A stretch of DNA of 51,557 bases from Candidatus Woesearchaeota archaeon CG10_big_fil_rev_8_21_14_0_10_36_11 (GCA_002762845.1 PCYB01000066.1:1-51557); one strand, 5' to 3'; shown: positions 1 through 10,377, counted from the stretch's first letter. Program-made: numbers and translations. Notes: a model not told the origin generated them from the sequence alone.

Positions 1-47
1 TCAAGTAGAGATCAAGCAAAGCAGTACCGGTTAACAGCTTTTGTTAG

Positions 48-584
48 CTAATTAATCATACCACCACGTCTATTGACTGGTGGTTCTTGATTTCTTATCC
101 AAAATTTTGTGTCAACAGGGAATGGTTGTGCTAATCCTCCAGAAGGCTCATCAAATTTAATGTGCATGTGTTCTTGAGAGTTTGCTCTCGCAAAACACTT
201 TCCATCAATTCTCTCCATAGGAACATATTCCACTCCAAGATGTTCTGCATCTTCTGCACGTACTTCTTGCATAGCTATACTAACGGTAGCAATTGAAAGT
301 CCATAATCAACTGCCCGATTATAATTCATTGCTACTTGCGCAAATGCTCGTACATGTCCTGTTGGAAGAAGAAGTATTCTAAACCCTGTCCGCGGATCTG
401 ATGTTACGGTATCTTGTAAAACTGCGTACCAATCTTCAACAGGATTGACCCCCGTTTGATGTATAATAACAGAACCTCTATCATCCGTATCACCTATGCT
501 TTTTTGTCCAAACTCACAAAATCCACAACCATCTTTAAGTACGATTTGTTCTTGTAATAATTTTTCTAATTGTGCTACTGACAT
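48..584 (-). CDS. HIT-superfamily-like protein (CxxC plus degenerate histidine triad HxHxK)
   Basis: ORF 48..746 trimmed to the ATG at 584 (MSVAQLEK...), because the longer form overlaps the divergent gene starting at 680. Motifs CGFC and EHMHIKF are present. Paralogous by eye to 680..1273. Confidence 0.45.
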   Translation of the reverse strand: MSVAQLEKLLQEQIVLKDGCGFCEFGQKSIGDTDDRGSVIIHQTGVNPVEDWYAVLQDTVTSDPRTGFRILLLPTGHVRAFAQVAMNYNRAVDYGLSIATVSIAMQEVRAEDAEHLGVEYVPMERIDGKCFARANSQEHMHIKFDEPSGGLAQPFPVDTKFWIRNQEPPVNRRGGMIN

Positions 585-679
585 AGTTGATGAAAATGGA
601 TTCTTCTCGTATTTAAATCTTATGAAATAAAATACAGATTGATAACATTTATTAATGGACAGTTTTTGAATAGAACAGT
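585..679. promoter_or_regulatory. Divergent promoter region with two TATA-like boxes
   Basis: A 95-bp AT-rich spacer between divergent genes. ATTTAAAT at 611-618 lies about 27-34 bp from the minus-strand ATG. TTTATTAA at 648-655 lies about 25-32 bp from the plus-strand ATG at 680. Confidence 0.35.
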
Positions 680-1273
680 ATGGAACATGACGAAAACTGC
701 AATCTCTGCAAAGAAACAACATTAAGGGTAGGAGAAACTTCGCCATACGGTGCAGTTGTTATTTGTACAATCGGGACAGAACCAGAAAATACATGGTTAG
801 CTACCATCTCACCAAAAACTGGGGGAGATCCAGATAAAGATTTCACGATACAACTTATGCCCCACTATCATTATACAAACTTTACAGAAGTTAATGCTAA
901 TCCTACACTAGCACAAAATTATGGGATTATATTTGCAAAGATAAGTAAAGCAGTGTTTGATATCATGGCAGAACAGGACCCTCATTTTACTGATCCTTCT
1001 GATACACGAGAATCTTCTGTGTCGATAGCATCGTATGGGAAGTGGACAACATGGAACGAAAAAAAGGAACATTTACATATCAAAATATTTCCTTTTAGAA
1101 ATGCGATTGGTCAACCATACACTGTTGATTCGTCATTTGGAAGAAAAGAAGTTCATCAGGATTCTGAAACTGGAGAAAGATTTATCAAAATGATGCCCGT
1201 AGAGAAGAAAATGGTTTCAACAGAAAGATTTACACAGTTAAAAGATACATTTATCTTATTATTACAAAAATAA
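680..1273 (+). CDS. HIT-superfamily-like protein (CxxC plus HxHxK), paralog of 48..584
   Basis: ATG-initiated 197-aa ORF with motifs NCNLCK and EHLHIKIFPF. Confidence 0.45.
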   Translation: MEHDENCNLCKETTLRVGETSPYGAVVICTIGTEPENTWLATISPKTGGDPDKDFTIQLMPHYHYTNFTEVNANPTLAQNYGIIFAKISKAVFDIMAEQDPHFTDPSDTRESSVSIASYGKWTTWNEKKEHLHIKIFPFRNAIGQPYTVDSSFGRKEVHQDSETGERFIKMMPVEKKMVSTERFTQLKDTFILLLQK

Positions 1274-1286
1274 AAACCAGTGAAAA

Positions 1287-2156
1287 ATGACAAAAGTCGA
1301 TTTACATGCACATACAAACGAATCTGATGGTGAATTATCCCCAAAAGAATTTGTTGACCAAGCAATATCGTGCGGACTCAAAGCTGTTGCGATAACAGAT
1401 CATGATACAATTTATGGGTGTGCACAAGCAGTTGAGTATGCGAAAGATAAAGATATTGAAATAATTCCTGGAATTGAAATTAGTTGTACTGATAAAGAGA
1501 AAGGTTTTGTTGAAATTCACGTTATTGGTTTGTGTATTGATTATATGGATAAAGATTTCATAACATTTTGTGAAAAAGTGCGTGGTGAACGAATCGGTCA
1601 GAAAAAACGTATGATTGAAAAGTTGCAAGAACTTGGATTTGATATAACATTTGATGAAGTTGTTCGTATTGCAAATTATTCGTTTGGAAGACCGCACGTC
1701 GCAGCCATCTTAATGAAGAAATATCCTGATAGATTTCCTGATATGAAAAGTGTTTTTGATCAATATCTTGGGAATGATAGGCCTGGTTTTATTGCCAGAG
1801 AATTCTATCCAACAATAGGAGAAGCGATTACATTGATAACGAATGCCGGTGGAGTTCCAATACTTGCACACCCAGGAGTGTACGATGAAGTGCGCGTGAT
1901 TGAGCTTATTGAGTACTTTGTATCTCTTGGTGGGAAAGGTATCGAAACGTATTATCCTTACGATAAGATAAATCGTATCTCAAAAGAAGATTCCGATAGG
2001 CTCAATGTACAATTTAAAGAGTATGCAGAAAAACACAGTCTTCTTCAATCTGGTGGTTCTGATTTTCATGGTCCAAAACGAAAACCAGTTGTATTAGGTG
2101 AACTTGATATTTTTTATGATGTTCTTGAGAAAATTAAAAGTAAGTCACAAGCATAA
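1287..2156 (+). CDS. PHP-domain metal-dependent phosphoesterase
   Basis: N-terminal VDLHAHTNESDG and AITDHDT, later ILAHPG and GGSDFHG. These are the classic PHP (polymerase/histidinol phosphatase) His/Asp motifs. Confidence 0.8.
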   Translation: MTKVDLHAHTNESDGELSPKEFVDQAISCGLKAVAITDHDTIYGCAQAVEYAKDKDIEIIPGIEISCTDKEKGFVEIHVIGLCIDYMDKDFITFCEKVRGERIGQKKRMIEKLQELGFDITFDEVVRIANYSFGRPHVAAILMKKYPDRFPDMKSVFDQYLGNDRPGFIAREFYPTIGEAITLITNAGGVPILAHPGVYDEVRVIELIEYFVSLGGKGIETYYPYDKINRISKEDSDRLNVQFKEYAEKHSLLQSGGSDFHGPKRKPVVLGELDIFYDVLEKIKSKSQA

Positions 2157-3680
2157 CTTTTTAATACTTTCACTGAGAAGATTCTTTTCTTTTTCCGTTT
2201 TGTTTTCTTTCTCAAAAATAATGTCTCTTGTTTGCAATTCCGATCCATTATCAAAAATATCCTGTAAGACTTTTCCGTCCATATCTTTTGGGATCGGAAC
2301 TCCTATTACATGCAGTATTGTTGGTGCAACATCAAAGATGTTCACCCCTTTAGTTATATAACTTTTTTTAATATTTTTACCATATGCCATGAAGATGCCA
2401 TTAAGGGAATGCATTTCCCTTTTGAGATACATAAACTCATTTTCGCCAATAGTCGTATCAATTTCATATTTTGTTGACGTTACAATAATATCCCCCAATC
2501 GTTTACTATACTTTCCATTAAAGAACTTTTCACAATCATGAGCTTCAATATCAGGAACAGCATTTAGTTTAATCAGTATCTCTTTTTTTAACTCTTCTTT
2601 CTCAACGTCCGACATTTTTTTATTCAGGAAGATTGTTCCTTCAAAAAGCGAACGGCAGTATGCTCTTGTTTTATCAATATCTATTTTTGGTTGTTTGACC
2701 ATATTAAATGGTAAATATTTAACACTAAAATCATAAAATGGTTCCAACGATTTGAATAATCGTGGATGTTTTTTCACAAAGACAATAAACCTTGAAATAT
2801 CAATATTTCTTTTCTTTTCTTTGTGTCCGCGGAGGATTACATCTTGTAATGATGATCCTTCTTTTGATGATGTTACCAAATAATTATTATTCTTCAACCA
2901 GCTGTTAAGGAGGAACTTTCCTTCGTACATCTGAAAACCATGATCACTTGCGATTAAAACAACCGTATCCTCCTCTTTGTTTGTATCAATCCAATCAATA
3001 ACAGAATCTAACTCCTGCAAGATTCTCTTGCTTATTTTTGTCTTTTTTGTATTCTTATTGGCCATTATATCATTAAACGCTTTATGCTGGACCATATCTG
3101 CAGCGTTAAGCAAGAAAAAATAAACATCATGTTCATTTCCTTTCAGGACATCTTTAACAACCTCGTTCTGTGATTTAGCCACTTCAAGGGCAGAATTTAA
3201 ATATCTCATGACACTTCGTGAACGATCTGCTCGACAGACATACTTCTTTAATGCAGGATACTTTTCCTGTAACAATGCTGGATGAAACAGGTCTACAATA
3301 TTCTTATAAAGATGAAGCCACGAGAAGACTATATCTCCTTTAATTTTTGCAGGGTATGTAAATGGAAGGTTCATGATGAAACATCTCAGGCCTTGTGCAT
3401 CTGCAAGTTCATAGAACGTTTTTTCTTTAATATCCAAACTTGAGACGACATCTATTTGAAGTTTATCATCATACTTGAAAAAGTTTGCAATTCCATGATT
3501 TCCTATTTTCTTCCCAGTTTGGAACGATGTCCATGTTGGTCCTGTGAAGTATGGGATTGTTGTTCTAAGAATGCCTTGCGTATCATGTTGTAGATGATTA
3601 TATAATGCAGGCATATCTTTTTTACATTTCTCAACCAGTTGATGATGTAATGCGTCTATGCCAAGGATGATTAATTTCAT
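2145..3680 (-). CDS. Alkaline-phosphatase-superfamily enzyme (type I phosphodiesterase/nucleotide pyrophosphatase-like)
   Basis: MKLIILGIDAL..., TGPTWTSFQTG and IASDHGF motifs are typical of the AlkP/NPP metalloenzyme core. 511 aa. Confidence 0.65.
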   Translation of the reverse strand: MKLIILGIDALHHQLVEKCKKDMPALYNHLQHDTQGILRTTIPYFTGPTWTSFQTGKKIGNHGIANFFKYDDKLQIDVVSSLDIKEKTFYELADAQGLRCFIMNLPFTYPAKIKGDIVFSWLHLYKNIVDLFHPALLQEKYPALKKYVCRADRSRSVMRYLNSALEVAKSQNEVVKDVLKGNEHDVYFFLLNAADMVQHKAFNDIMANKNTKKTKISKRILQELDSVIDWIDTNKEEDTVVLIASDHGFQMYEGKFLLNSWLKNNNYLVTSSKEGSSLQDVILRGHKEKKRNIDISRFIVFVKKHPRLFKSLEPFYDFSVKYLPFNMVKQPKIDIDKTRAYCRSLFEGTIFLNKKMSDVEKEELKKEILIKLNAVPDIEAHDCEKFFNGKYSKRLGDIIVTSTKYEIDTTIGENEFMYLKREMHSLNGIFMAYGKNIKKSYITKGVNIFDVAPTILHVIGVPIPKDMDGKVLQDIFDNGSELQTRDIIFEKENKTEKEKNLLSESIKKLCL

Positions 3681-3732
3681 TTTTTTATTCTTGAAAGACA
3701 GTTTTTATAAACTTTCGTGTAGCCAATTAACT

Positions 3733-4590
3733 CTAAAGATATAATATAATAATGGTTGAAACTATCCAAAGTAATATTCCCACAACTATATTTTTATCTT
3801 GAAAAATCTTCTCTGGATGGCGGGCAATAATTGATCCAGAATTTATTAAATAAAAGTATCTAAAAATAACAAATAATGCAAATGGTAGGGTATATATTAG
3901 GTTCTTATGAGCACTTAAGAAACAGTAAAATGTGTACGAAATTATGAACAATGTTGTCGATATGATTAATAGATAATTTGTTAATTCTATCGTGTAATCT
4001 TTAAGAACTTTTTTTGTCTGTGAGGCATTTTCTTTAAGGAGCGTTAGATCAGAACGCCTTTTTCCTGTTGATAAGAATAATGATAAGAAAAATGGACACA
4101 ATATTAACCAAATCGTGATTTCAACATTAATTATATAAACTCCCGATATCGATCGTATAACAAACAGGATAGCGATAATCAAAATATCTGCAAAAAGAAT
4201 CTTCTTAAAGAAAAATGAGTAGAGTTGCGTAAGAACAAATAATGATAGTACTGCATACAAAAAATTTCTTCCCAACATTTGTGCCAGAAACAACGAAATA
4301 GCAAAAAGTAGAATCATGAGAAGTACAGCACTAGCTTTTCTAATTTTTCCTGCAGCAAGTGGGCGACATTTCTTTTCGGGATGTAATTGGTCAGCTTTCA
4401 AATCAATAATATCATTGATGATATATCCTACGGAAGACATGAATGAAAGAGAGAAAAAGCCAACTATAGTAAAGTAAAGCCATTCTGGTCGTGCTACACT
4501 TCCTACAAAAAAGAGAGCAAGAAAAACAACAATGTTTTTGTACCATTGACGTACACGCATGAGGTTGATATACTCTTTTATTTTTGTCAC
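3733..4590 (-). CDS. UbiA-family prenyltransferase, decaprenyl-phosphate phosphoribosyltransferase-like
   Basis: Polytopic membrane protein with NDIIDLKADQLHPEKKCRPLAAGKI (NDxxDxxxD followed by HP.K..RP.A.G). GTG start overlaps the upstream stop (GTGA). Confidence 0.7.
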   Translation of the reverse strand: MTKIKEYINLMRVRQWYKNIVVFLALFFVGSVARPEWLYFTIVGFFSLSFMSSVGYIINDIIDLKADQLHPEKKCRPLAAGKIRKASAVLLMILLFAISLFLAQMLGRNFLYAVLSLFVLTQLYSFFFKKILFADILIIAILFVIRSISGVYIINVEITIWLILCPFFLSLFLSTGKRRSDLTLLKENASQTKKVLKDYTIELTNYLLIISTTLFIISYTFYCFLSAHKNLIYTLPFALFVIFRYFYLINSGSIIARHPEKIFQDKNIVVGILLWIVSTIIILYL

Positions 4591-6197
4591 GATTTTACAC
4601 CTTTGTCTTGTGTTTTTTCATTCTTGCCTATGACTTCATGAATTAAGTCAATTACCCTCTCTGATGCTTTTCCGTCAACAATACCACAATATTCAAGGAC
4701 AACTTTTTTCATTCTCTGTTTAAGGACATCTTGTTCTCGTACTGCTCTTTCAATAGCATTTTTTATATTGTCAGTATACGCAATCTCTATTGTCGCATCA
4801 TTGTTTTTTATCCAATGTTCTATCCCTTTATATAATAAATCAATCGTAACTATTGGTCTGCCAATAATCATCGCTTCTAATGCTGCATTCGACCCAAAAT
4901 GGACAAAGACGTCACACTCTTGAATAAGCTGATAAAAATCATCTCGGGAAATGTTTGATTTAAATGTCCGTACATTTGTAAACTTGTTTTTCTCTACAAT
5001 ATCTACATACTTTTCATACAATGTGTTTTTAGGATGCAATTTTAAGTCGATGTTGATACCCGAAATTTTATTTATTTGAATAATAATCTGTTCAATTCTA
5101 TGAAAATAATCTTCTTCTGTTGCTGATCCTCCATCGACTTTTGAATCTATTGCAATTAATATTTTTTGACATTTACTCTCTTTCTCAGAAATGTACCGGG
5201 ATATTTCATCATATACCACCGGTCCAACAACACGAATATCATTCTTGTTTCCATTTTGTATGTATCCCTCTTTTTCTACCTCACTAAACACTGCAATCGT
5301 TGTCGATTGCATCAAATCTTTATTTTTTGAGTTTTTTCCAATACCATGCGCAATAACTATTGAAGGAATATTCATTTTTTCTGCAGCAGCTAACAAACAT
5401 CGTTCAACGATTGAACTTGATCCTGTAAGAACAACTGCAGCAATACTTTCCTGTGCAAGAACTTTTTTATACATCTCATATTGGAGTGCCACAATATACA
5501 AAAATTCTTTAGAGAGATATACATTAAAAGCGTATTTGTAAAAAGGCCAGTATGATATACCATCTTTTGTAAGAAAATCTAATTTTGTCTTATTACTTAT
5601 TCGTTTCCATTGGGATGATAATGCTTGAGAAACGTTTCTCGCTTTTGTGGCAATGTCTTCATTATAATATGAATAAAGAAAATCTCTACCCAAAACCAGT
5701 TTATACTCATTTCGTGATAAAGGGTCCACGAAAAGGACAAACTCTGTAAACTTTTGATCTTCTTTGATTTTCTTAATAATTCCTTCAATTCTGAATATCT
5801 TCTTATCGTCTGACATATGGTGAGGAAACGTGAGGAATAGTACCTTTTTCTTGTTTTGCCCATTAAGTTCAATTATTTCGCTTTTGTCTTTATTTTTACT
5901 TTTATTTTTAACAAACTTTATTTTCTTCAACTCGTTTATACGTAAATATTGTGCAAGAAGTTTTGAAAAAAGAAATAATTTTGCTTTATTAAATGGCGCG
6001 ATATTTTTATTCTGTTCAAGAGATTTGTATGTATTAATCTGAGAAGGGATAATATACCTTCGAAAACTTCTATTATACAAGAATTCTAGTGGAAATCCGT
6101 CAAGTGTAAATATTTCATTAAAACTTTTTTGCATACAAAACTCTTTGTTTGCCCAATCATCGATAAAATCGTACAAATCTACTTTTAATTGTGTCAT
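4587..6197 (-). CDS. Putative GT-B-fold glycosyl/capsule-polysaccharide-type transferase
   Basis: 536-aa soluble protein. The C-terminal half has IAHGIG, LKLHPKN and HFGSNAALEAMIIGRPIV, resembling GT-B / capsule-synthesis transferases. The assignment is weak. Confidence 0.3.
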   Translation of the reverse strand: MTQLKVDLYDFIDDWANKEFCMQKSFNEIFTLDGFPLEFLYNRSFRRYIIPSQINTYKSLEQNKNIAPFNKAKLFLFSKLLAQYLRINELKKIKFVKNKSKNKDKSEIIELNGQNKKKVLFLTFPHHMSDDKKIFRIEGIIKKIKEDQKFTEFVLFVDPLSRNEYKLVLGRDFLYSYYNEDIATKARNVSQALSSQWKRISNKTKLDFLTKDGISYWPFYKYAFNVYLSKEFLYIVALQYEMYKKVLAQESIAAVVLTGSSSIVERCLLAAAEKMNIPSIVIAHGIGKNSKNKDLMQSTTIAVFSEVEKEGYIQNGNKNDIRVVGPVVYDEISRYISEKESKCQKILIAIDSKVDGGSATEEDYFHRIEQIIIQINKISGINIDLKLHPKNTLYEKYVDIVEKNKFTNVRTFKSNISRDDFYQLIQECDVFVHFGSNAALEAMIIGRPIVTIDLLYKGIEHWIKNNDATIEIAYTDNIKNAIERAVREQDVLKQRMKKVVLEYCGIVDGKASERVIDLIHEVIGKNEKTQDKGVKS

Positions 6198-6361
6198 AGG
6201 TATACTCTTATGGTTTACTTTTTATACGTAAAAAAACACTTTTAAATCTTATGATTCTTATATCTATTTTGTATGATTTCTCTGTAAGTACGCGTAACAG
6301 TGTACAACACTGTATTAGAAAACGATAAAGTTTTTATATGATGATACTGGGGAGTGATATT

Positions 6362-7777
6362 ATGGGAAATAGACCAAAGAAAGTTATTCTTGTACGATAT
6401 CATGATAAAGGTAATATTAATACCCGTCTTCCTGAAAGTCTTAACAAAGTACAGGGTGTTCTTCCACCATTAGGAATAGCATACATTGCTGCGTTTCTTG
6501 AACAGAATGGGGTTAACGTTTCAATTATTGATGTTCAAGGTTTAAACATGACTTCTGCAGAATTTGCAAAAGCTATTGAGGATAAGAAACCAGACATCGT
6601 TGCGATAACATGTATGACACCAACATTTCATGGAGCACTTGAAGCAGCAAAAATGTGTAAAAAAGCAGGTGCAACCGTTGTTTTGGGTGGATCGCATATT
6701 TCAGTATACCCAAAAGAGTCATTACAGCCAGACTTTGTTGATTTTGGGATCGTTGGAGAAGGCGAATATACTCTTGCAGAATTAGTAGATGCTTTAGAAA
6801 ATGAATCCGATTATTCAACCATTAAAGGTTTAGCGTATAAAAAAGATGGTAACGTAATTATAAACCAAGCCCGAATAGTTAAAGATATTGACACGTTACC
6901 CTTCCCTGCATACCATCTCTTGCCCATGAAAAAATATTCTTCAGTAATTGGCCTGCATCCCGTATCCACCATGATATCTTCTCGTGGCTGTCCGTACAGG
7001 TGCGGTTTTTGTTTCAAGCAACCTTCTGATAAGGTGTTTAGGACACGTAATCCATATAGTGTTGTTGACGAGATGGAAATGCTTGTTACTAAACATGGTG
7101 TTAAAGAGATTATGTTTTATGATGATACGATTACAGTAAAACGAAGTCATATTGAAGGTATCTGTAACGAAATTCTTAAAAGAGATTTAAAAGTTAAATG
7201 GGAGTCACCAACACGTATTGACCTTGTTGATAAAGAATTACTAACGCTGATGAAGAAAGCGGGATGTATCAGGTTACGGTACGGTGTTGAATCTGGCGAC
7301 CCACGAATTTTAGAACTTATGAACAAAAAGATAACGATTGATCGAGTCCAAGAAGTATTTGCATTAACAAAAAAAGTTGGTTTAGAATCATTTGCGTATT
7401 TCATTATTGGATACGCGACGGAAACGCCACATACCATGCAGGGAACGATTGACCTTGCAAAGAAAATCAATCCCGACTTTGTTATGTTTACTATCGCAAC
7501 ACCTTACCCCCAAACGCCATTACATACGTTAAGTGTTACGAATGGACTTATTGACCCTGATTATTGGCGGAAGTTTACGTTGGGAGAAGATGTTGGTAGG
7601 ATGCCATACTTGATTCCTGATGCAGAGGAATGGATAAAGAAAGCGTATAGGTCGTTTTATCTCCGACCAAGTTTTATCTTTAAGAAAGCAAAGAAGTTAC
7701 GGTCATGGAGCACGTTTAAGAAATATTGTGCCGGCGCATGGGGTTTAGTTCGGTTTAATATGCTGCCTGAAGATTAA
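6362..7777 (+). CDS. B12-binding-domain radical SAM enzyme
   Basis: N-terminal cobalamin-binding-like Rossmann segment (DIVAITCMTP, VVLGGSH) and SRGCPYRCGFC (CX3CX2C). The ORF track starts at 6338. I prefer the ATG at 6362 because a TATA-like TTTTTATAT (6331-6339) overlaps 6338. Confidence 0.8.
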   Translation: MGNRPKKVILVRYHDKGNINTRLPESLNKVQGVLPPLGIAYIAAFLEQNGVNVSIIDVQGLNMTSAEFAKAIEDKKPDIVAITCMTPTFHGALEAAKMCKKAGATVVLGGSHISVYPKESLQPDFVDFGIVGEGEYTLAELVDALENESDYSTIKGLAYKKDGNVIINQARIVKDIDTLPFPAYHLLPMKKYSSVIGLHPVSTMISSRGCPYRCGFCFKQPSDKVFRTRNPYSVVDEMEMLVTKHGVKEIMFYDDTITVKRSHIEGICNEILKRDLKVKWESPTRIDLVDKELLTLMKKAGCIRLRYGVESGDPRILELMNKKITIDRVQEVFALTKKVGLESFAYFIIGYATETPHTMQGTIDLAKKINPDFVMFTIATPYPQTPLHTLSVTNGLIDPDYWRKFTLGEDVGRMPYLIPDAEEWIKKAYRSFYLRPSFIFKKAKKLRSWSTFKKYCAGAWGLVRFNMLPED

Positions 7778-7799
7778 GATCATGCGGAAAAAATATAGA

Positions 7800-8492
7800 T
7801 CATAAAAACCCGTATCTGTCAATTTCTCTATCGCTTAATGTTCCTGCTTCTAATGCTTCCACACGTTGTGCAAGTGAAAAGACCCTATCTCGTGCTGCAA
7901 TAACTGCCCGTATTGTCACTTCTCCCATCGGTCCGGAACCCGCAAGGGTTGGATCTTGTGTATATTTTTTTACTAAACCACTTATCCTTTCTTGAACACT
8001 AATACGTTCTTCACTTTTATTTGCAAGGTCTGCATACGTCACAATTGCTTCCTGCCATGTTCGTGGGAGAAGAAGGATTGGATCTATCGGTCCAAACTCC
8101 TTTCTTTTTTCAGTACACGCAGAATCGTGCCAAAACTCGTACACAAATGCGTGAGGTCGAAACATCTGTGCAAGACGATAATTATCATTGTCGTTTTGTG
8201 CAATACCTTCTTCTACACCATGTTCTTCAACGTATCGTGCACCTCGAAGTTCATGGAATGTCTGATCGGCCTGAAATGGTCTTCCAATATCGTGCAATCC
8301 CGCGGCGGCAGAAATCTCTCGCAGGTTTAATGGTATGTTTGGATAATGGCGTACAGCATTTTTAATCACTGTTTCCGCAATGTCGTACGATAAATGTAGA
8401 TGTTGCACTAGACTTTCTGCACGTCTAACATTTCCTGGATTTTTGTCTATAATGTTCCTTGCAAAATGAAGAATACTCGTTTTATCGATCAT
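7800..8492 (-). CDS. HD-domain phosphohydrolase
   Basis: AAGLHDIGRP (the HD dyad) plus downstream His/Asp residues. 230 aa. Confidence 0.6.
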   Translation of the reverse strand: MIDKTSILHFARNIIDKNPGNVRRAESLVQHLHLSYDIAETVIKNAVRHYPNIPLNLREISAAAGLHDIGRPFQADQTFHELRGARYVEEHGVEEGIAQNDNDNYRLAQMFRPHAFVYEFWHDSACTEKRKEFGPIDPILLLPRTWQEAIVTYADLANKSEERISVQERISGLVKKYTQDPTLAGSGPMGEVTIRAVIAARDRVFSLAQRVEALEAGTLSDREIDRYGFL

Positions 8493-8553
8493 CTTTACTT
8501 TTTAATATTATTCTTTATAAATATTATGGGAGATTACTCTCTTAAAACAAATA

Positions 8554-10236
8554 TCATGAACTTACAGGAAATACCACCTTTTCATTAAAAAATTGATTGT
8601 AAAGAGTTATTCCGTCCTCTCTGTTGTTCATCTCAAATATCTGTATCCTGTATGTTTTAGAACTATCATCATATACTAATGTAACGTCGTCAGATAACTT
8701 GTCCATCTGTGTAAGTTCTTCATAATTGTCCCATTTTTCGAGATTTCCTTCATCAATAACAATAAAATCAACATTGTACAACTTGCCAAAATGTATTATG
8801 TCTTTGTAATTAGCATATGGAAGATTTGTGTACTTTGCCTCACTGTAAAAACTAATCTCCGGTCGTCGTGACATAACATTTATCTGTTCATATTCGGGAT
8901 ATTTCTCTTTCAAGAATGATGCTGCATCAACATATTCTGTAAGGTCATGTTCATACATAAATCCGTAATAGACAATATAGGGAATAGAACTTACTATTAA
9001 AAAAAGAACAATTATACGCTTGCTATTTTTTTCTATGAACCGAACAAACATATTTCTTTTTATTCTATGAAGAGTAATTTTCTGAGTAATTATTTTAGTA
9101 GAATGAACAAATCCTGTTAGTGATAATAATAATAATAAAAGAATTATAGGGAGCATGAATCGCGCAAAATTGATGAAAAAACATGCATATATAAGAACAA
9201 ATAAAATTATTAAAGTTATTATAATCTTGTTTTGTGTATCTTTTAAGAAGCCTTTATTGAGAAAAGAAAAGAGAAGAGGAATTATAATGGGAATAGCAAG
9301 AAGAAAAATCCATTTAATTTCATTGAGTATGTTATTGAAAAATCGTTGTCTAAATTCTGTTGGATTGTCCCCAATATACCCTAAAAGTGAAACGTTATTA
9401 TTTTTCTCAAATATGTCTATTTGATTTTTCTCTTCGTTGAGAGAATATACTATTTTTTCATAATCTCCTCCTGTAACGACTTCACCAACCAAAACGTTCA
9501 TGCCAGATTTACCACTAATAGTTATGTGGCCTGTTGATTCTGTAATGAAAGAAATGTATGGGAATGCAATAAGAATAACAATAACAAGAATAAATACAAC
9601 TCTTAACAAATTATTTATATCTGGAAGAATGTTCCATCGTTTCATTCCATTCTTTGTTTTTTCTTGACTACGCAAAAATAAAATAGGTAACACAAGTAAG
9701 AAAACCCCCTCTGGTCGAATTAAGTATGTACCTGCCACAGTAATAGAAAACAATACTAACAATAATTTTGTTCTTGTTTTATACAACCGAAAGAAAAGAT
9801 ATAATGAAAGAAAGAAGAACAAAAAAAAGAGTGATTCTGTTAACACTTGTGTTGCTGTTCGTATGATGAACGGATACATTGTAAATGCTGTTGCAGCAAA
9901 TACTCCTACATTTTCATTATGCAATTCTTTTCCAAGGAAATAAAAAATGACTATCGTTAAGATACTTGCAAGCAAGGAAACTATCTTTCCTGCAATAAAA
10001 AGGTCATTAACAACCAAATTCGTCAGACCAATGAATAAAGGGTATCCCGGAGGAAAAATTATCCCCCAATTATGATTTTCACGGAACGAATATTCACTTC
10101 GTTCAATGAGATTCTGTCCTAAGCGAGCATACGCAATTCCATCCGGATTAATGAACTCTTCTTGGTTAAATAAAGGTATTCGAATACATATTCCAAGCAG
10201 AATAAGGAACAAAAGTAAAAAATAAACTTTTTTCAT
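8554..10236 (-). CDS. GT-C-fold membrane glycosyltransferase (ArnT/PMT-like)
   Basis: 560 aa with about 10 or more hydrophobic segments. The first loop reads NPDGIAYARLGQNL, and there is a C-terminal soluble domain. Architecture is typical of polyprenyl-phosphate-sugar-dependent GT-C enzymes. Confidence 0.55.
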   Translation of the reverse strand: MKKVYFLLLFLILLGICIRIPLFNQEEFINPDGIAYARLGQNLIERSEYSFRENHNWGIIFPPGYPLFIGLTNLVVNDLFIAGKIVSLLASILTIVIFYFLGKELHNENVGVFAATAFTMYPFIIRTATQVLTESLFFLFFFLSLYLFFRLYKTRTKLLLVLFSITVAGTYLIRPEGVFLLVLPILFLRSQEKTKNGMKRWNILPDINNLLRVVFILVIVILIAFPYISFITESTGHITISGKSGMNVLVGEVVTGGDYEKIVYSLNEEKNQIDIFEKNNNVSLLGYIGDNPTEFRQRFFNNILNEIKWIFLLAIPIIIPLLFSFLNKGFLKDTQNKIIITLIILFVLIYACFFINFARFMLPIILLLLLLSLTGFVHSTKIITQKITLHRIKRNMFVRFIEKNSKRIIVLFLIVSSIPYIVYYGFMYEHDLTEYVDAASFLKEKYPEYEQINVMSRRPEISFYSEAKYTNLPYANYKDIIHFGKLYNVDFIVIDEGNLEKWDNYEELTQMDKLSDDVTLVYDDSSKTYRIQIFEMNNREDGITLYNQFFNEKVVFPVSS

Positions 10237-10377
10237 AGTGAAACTAATACGATTATATTTCCTATATAAGGATTATGAACGTACAATGAATACTTTGAGA
10301 ATAAATCTTAATCAATCGCTTTATATAGAACTAAAGTCAGAAATCTTTAAATAATCACCTCGGGATTAAAGAGGAAA

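Noticed and set aside
585-746. Upstream extension of the HIT-like ORF (track start at 746)
   Set aside because: The extension would overlap the divergent gene's start at 680 and remove the shared promoter. The internal ATG at 584 begins the conserved part.
6338-6361. Earlier ATG for the B12-binding radical SAM gene
   Set aside because: It is not strictly excluded. However, the TATA-like box overlaps this ATG, which makes the start at 6362 more plausible. Either way the enzyme call is unchanged.
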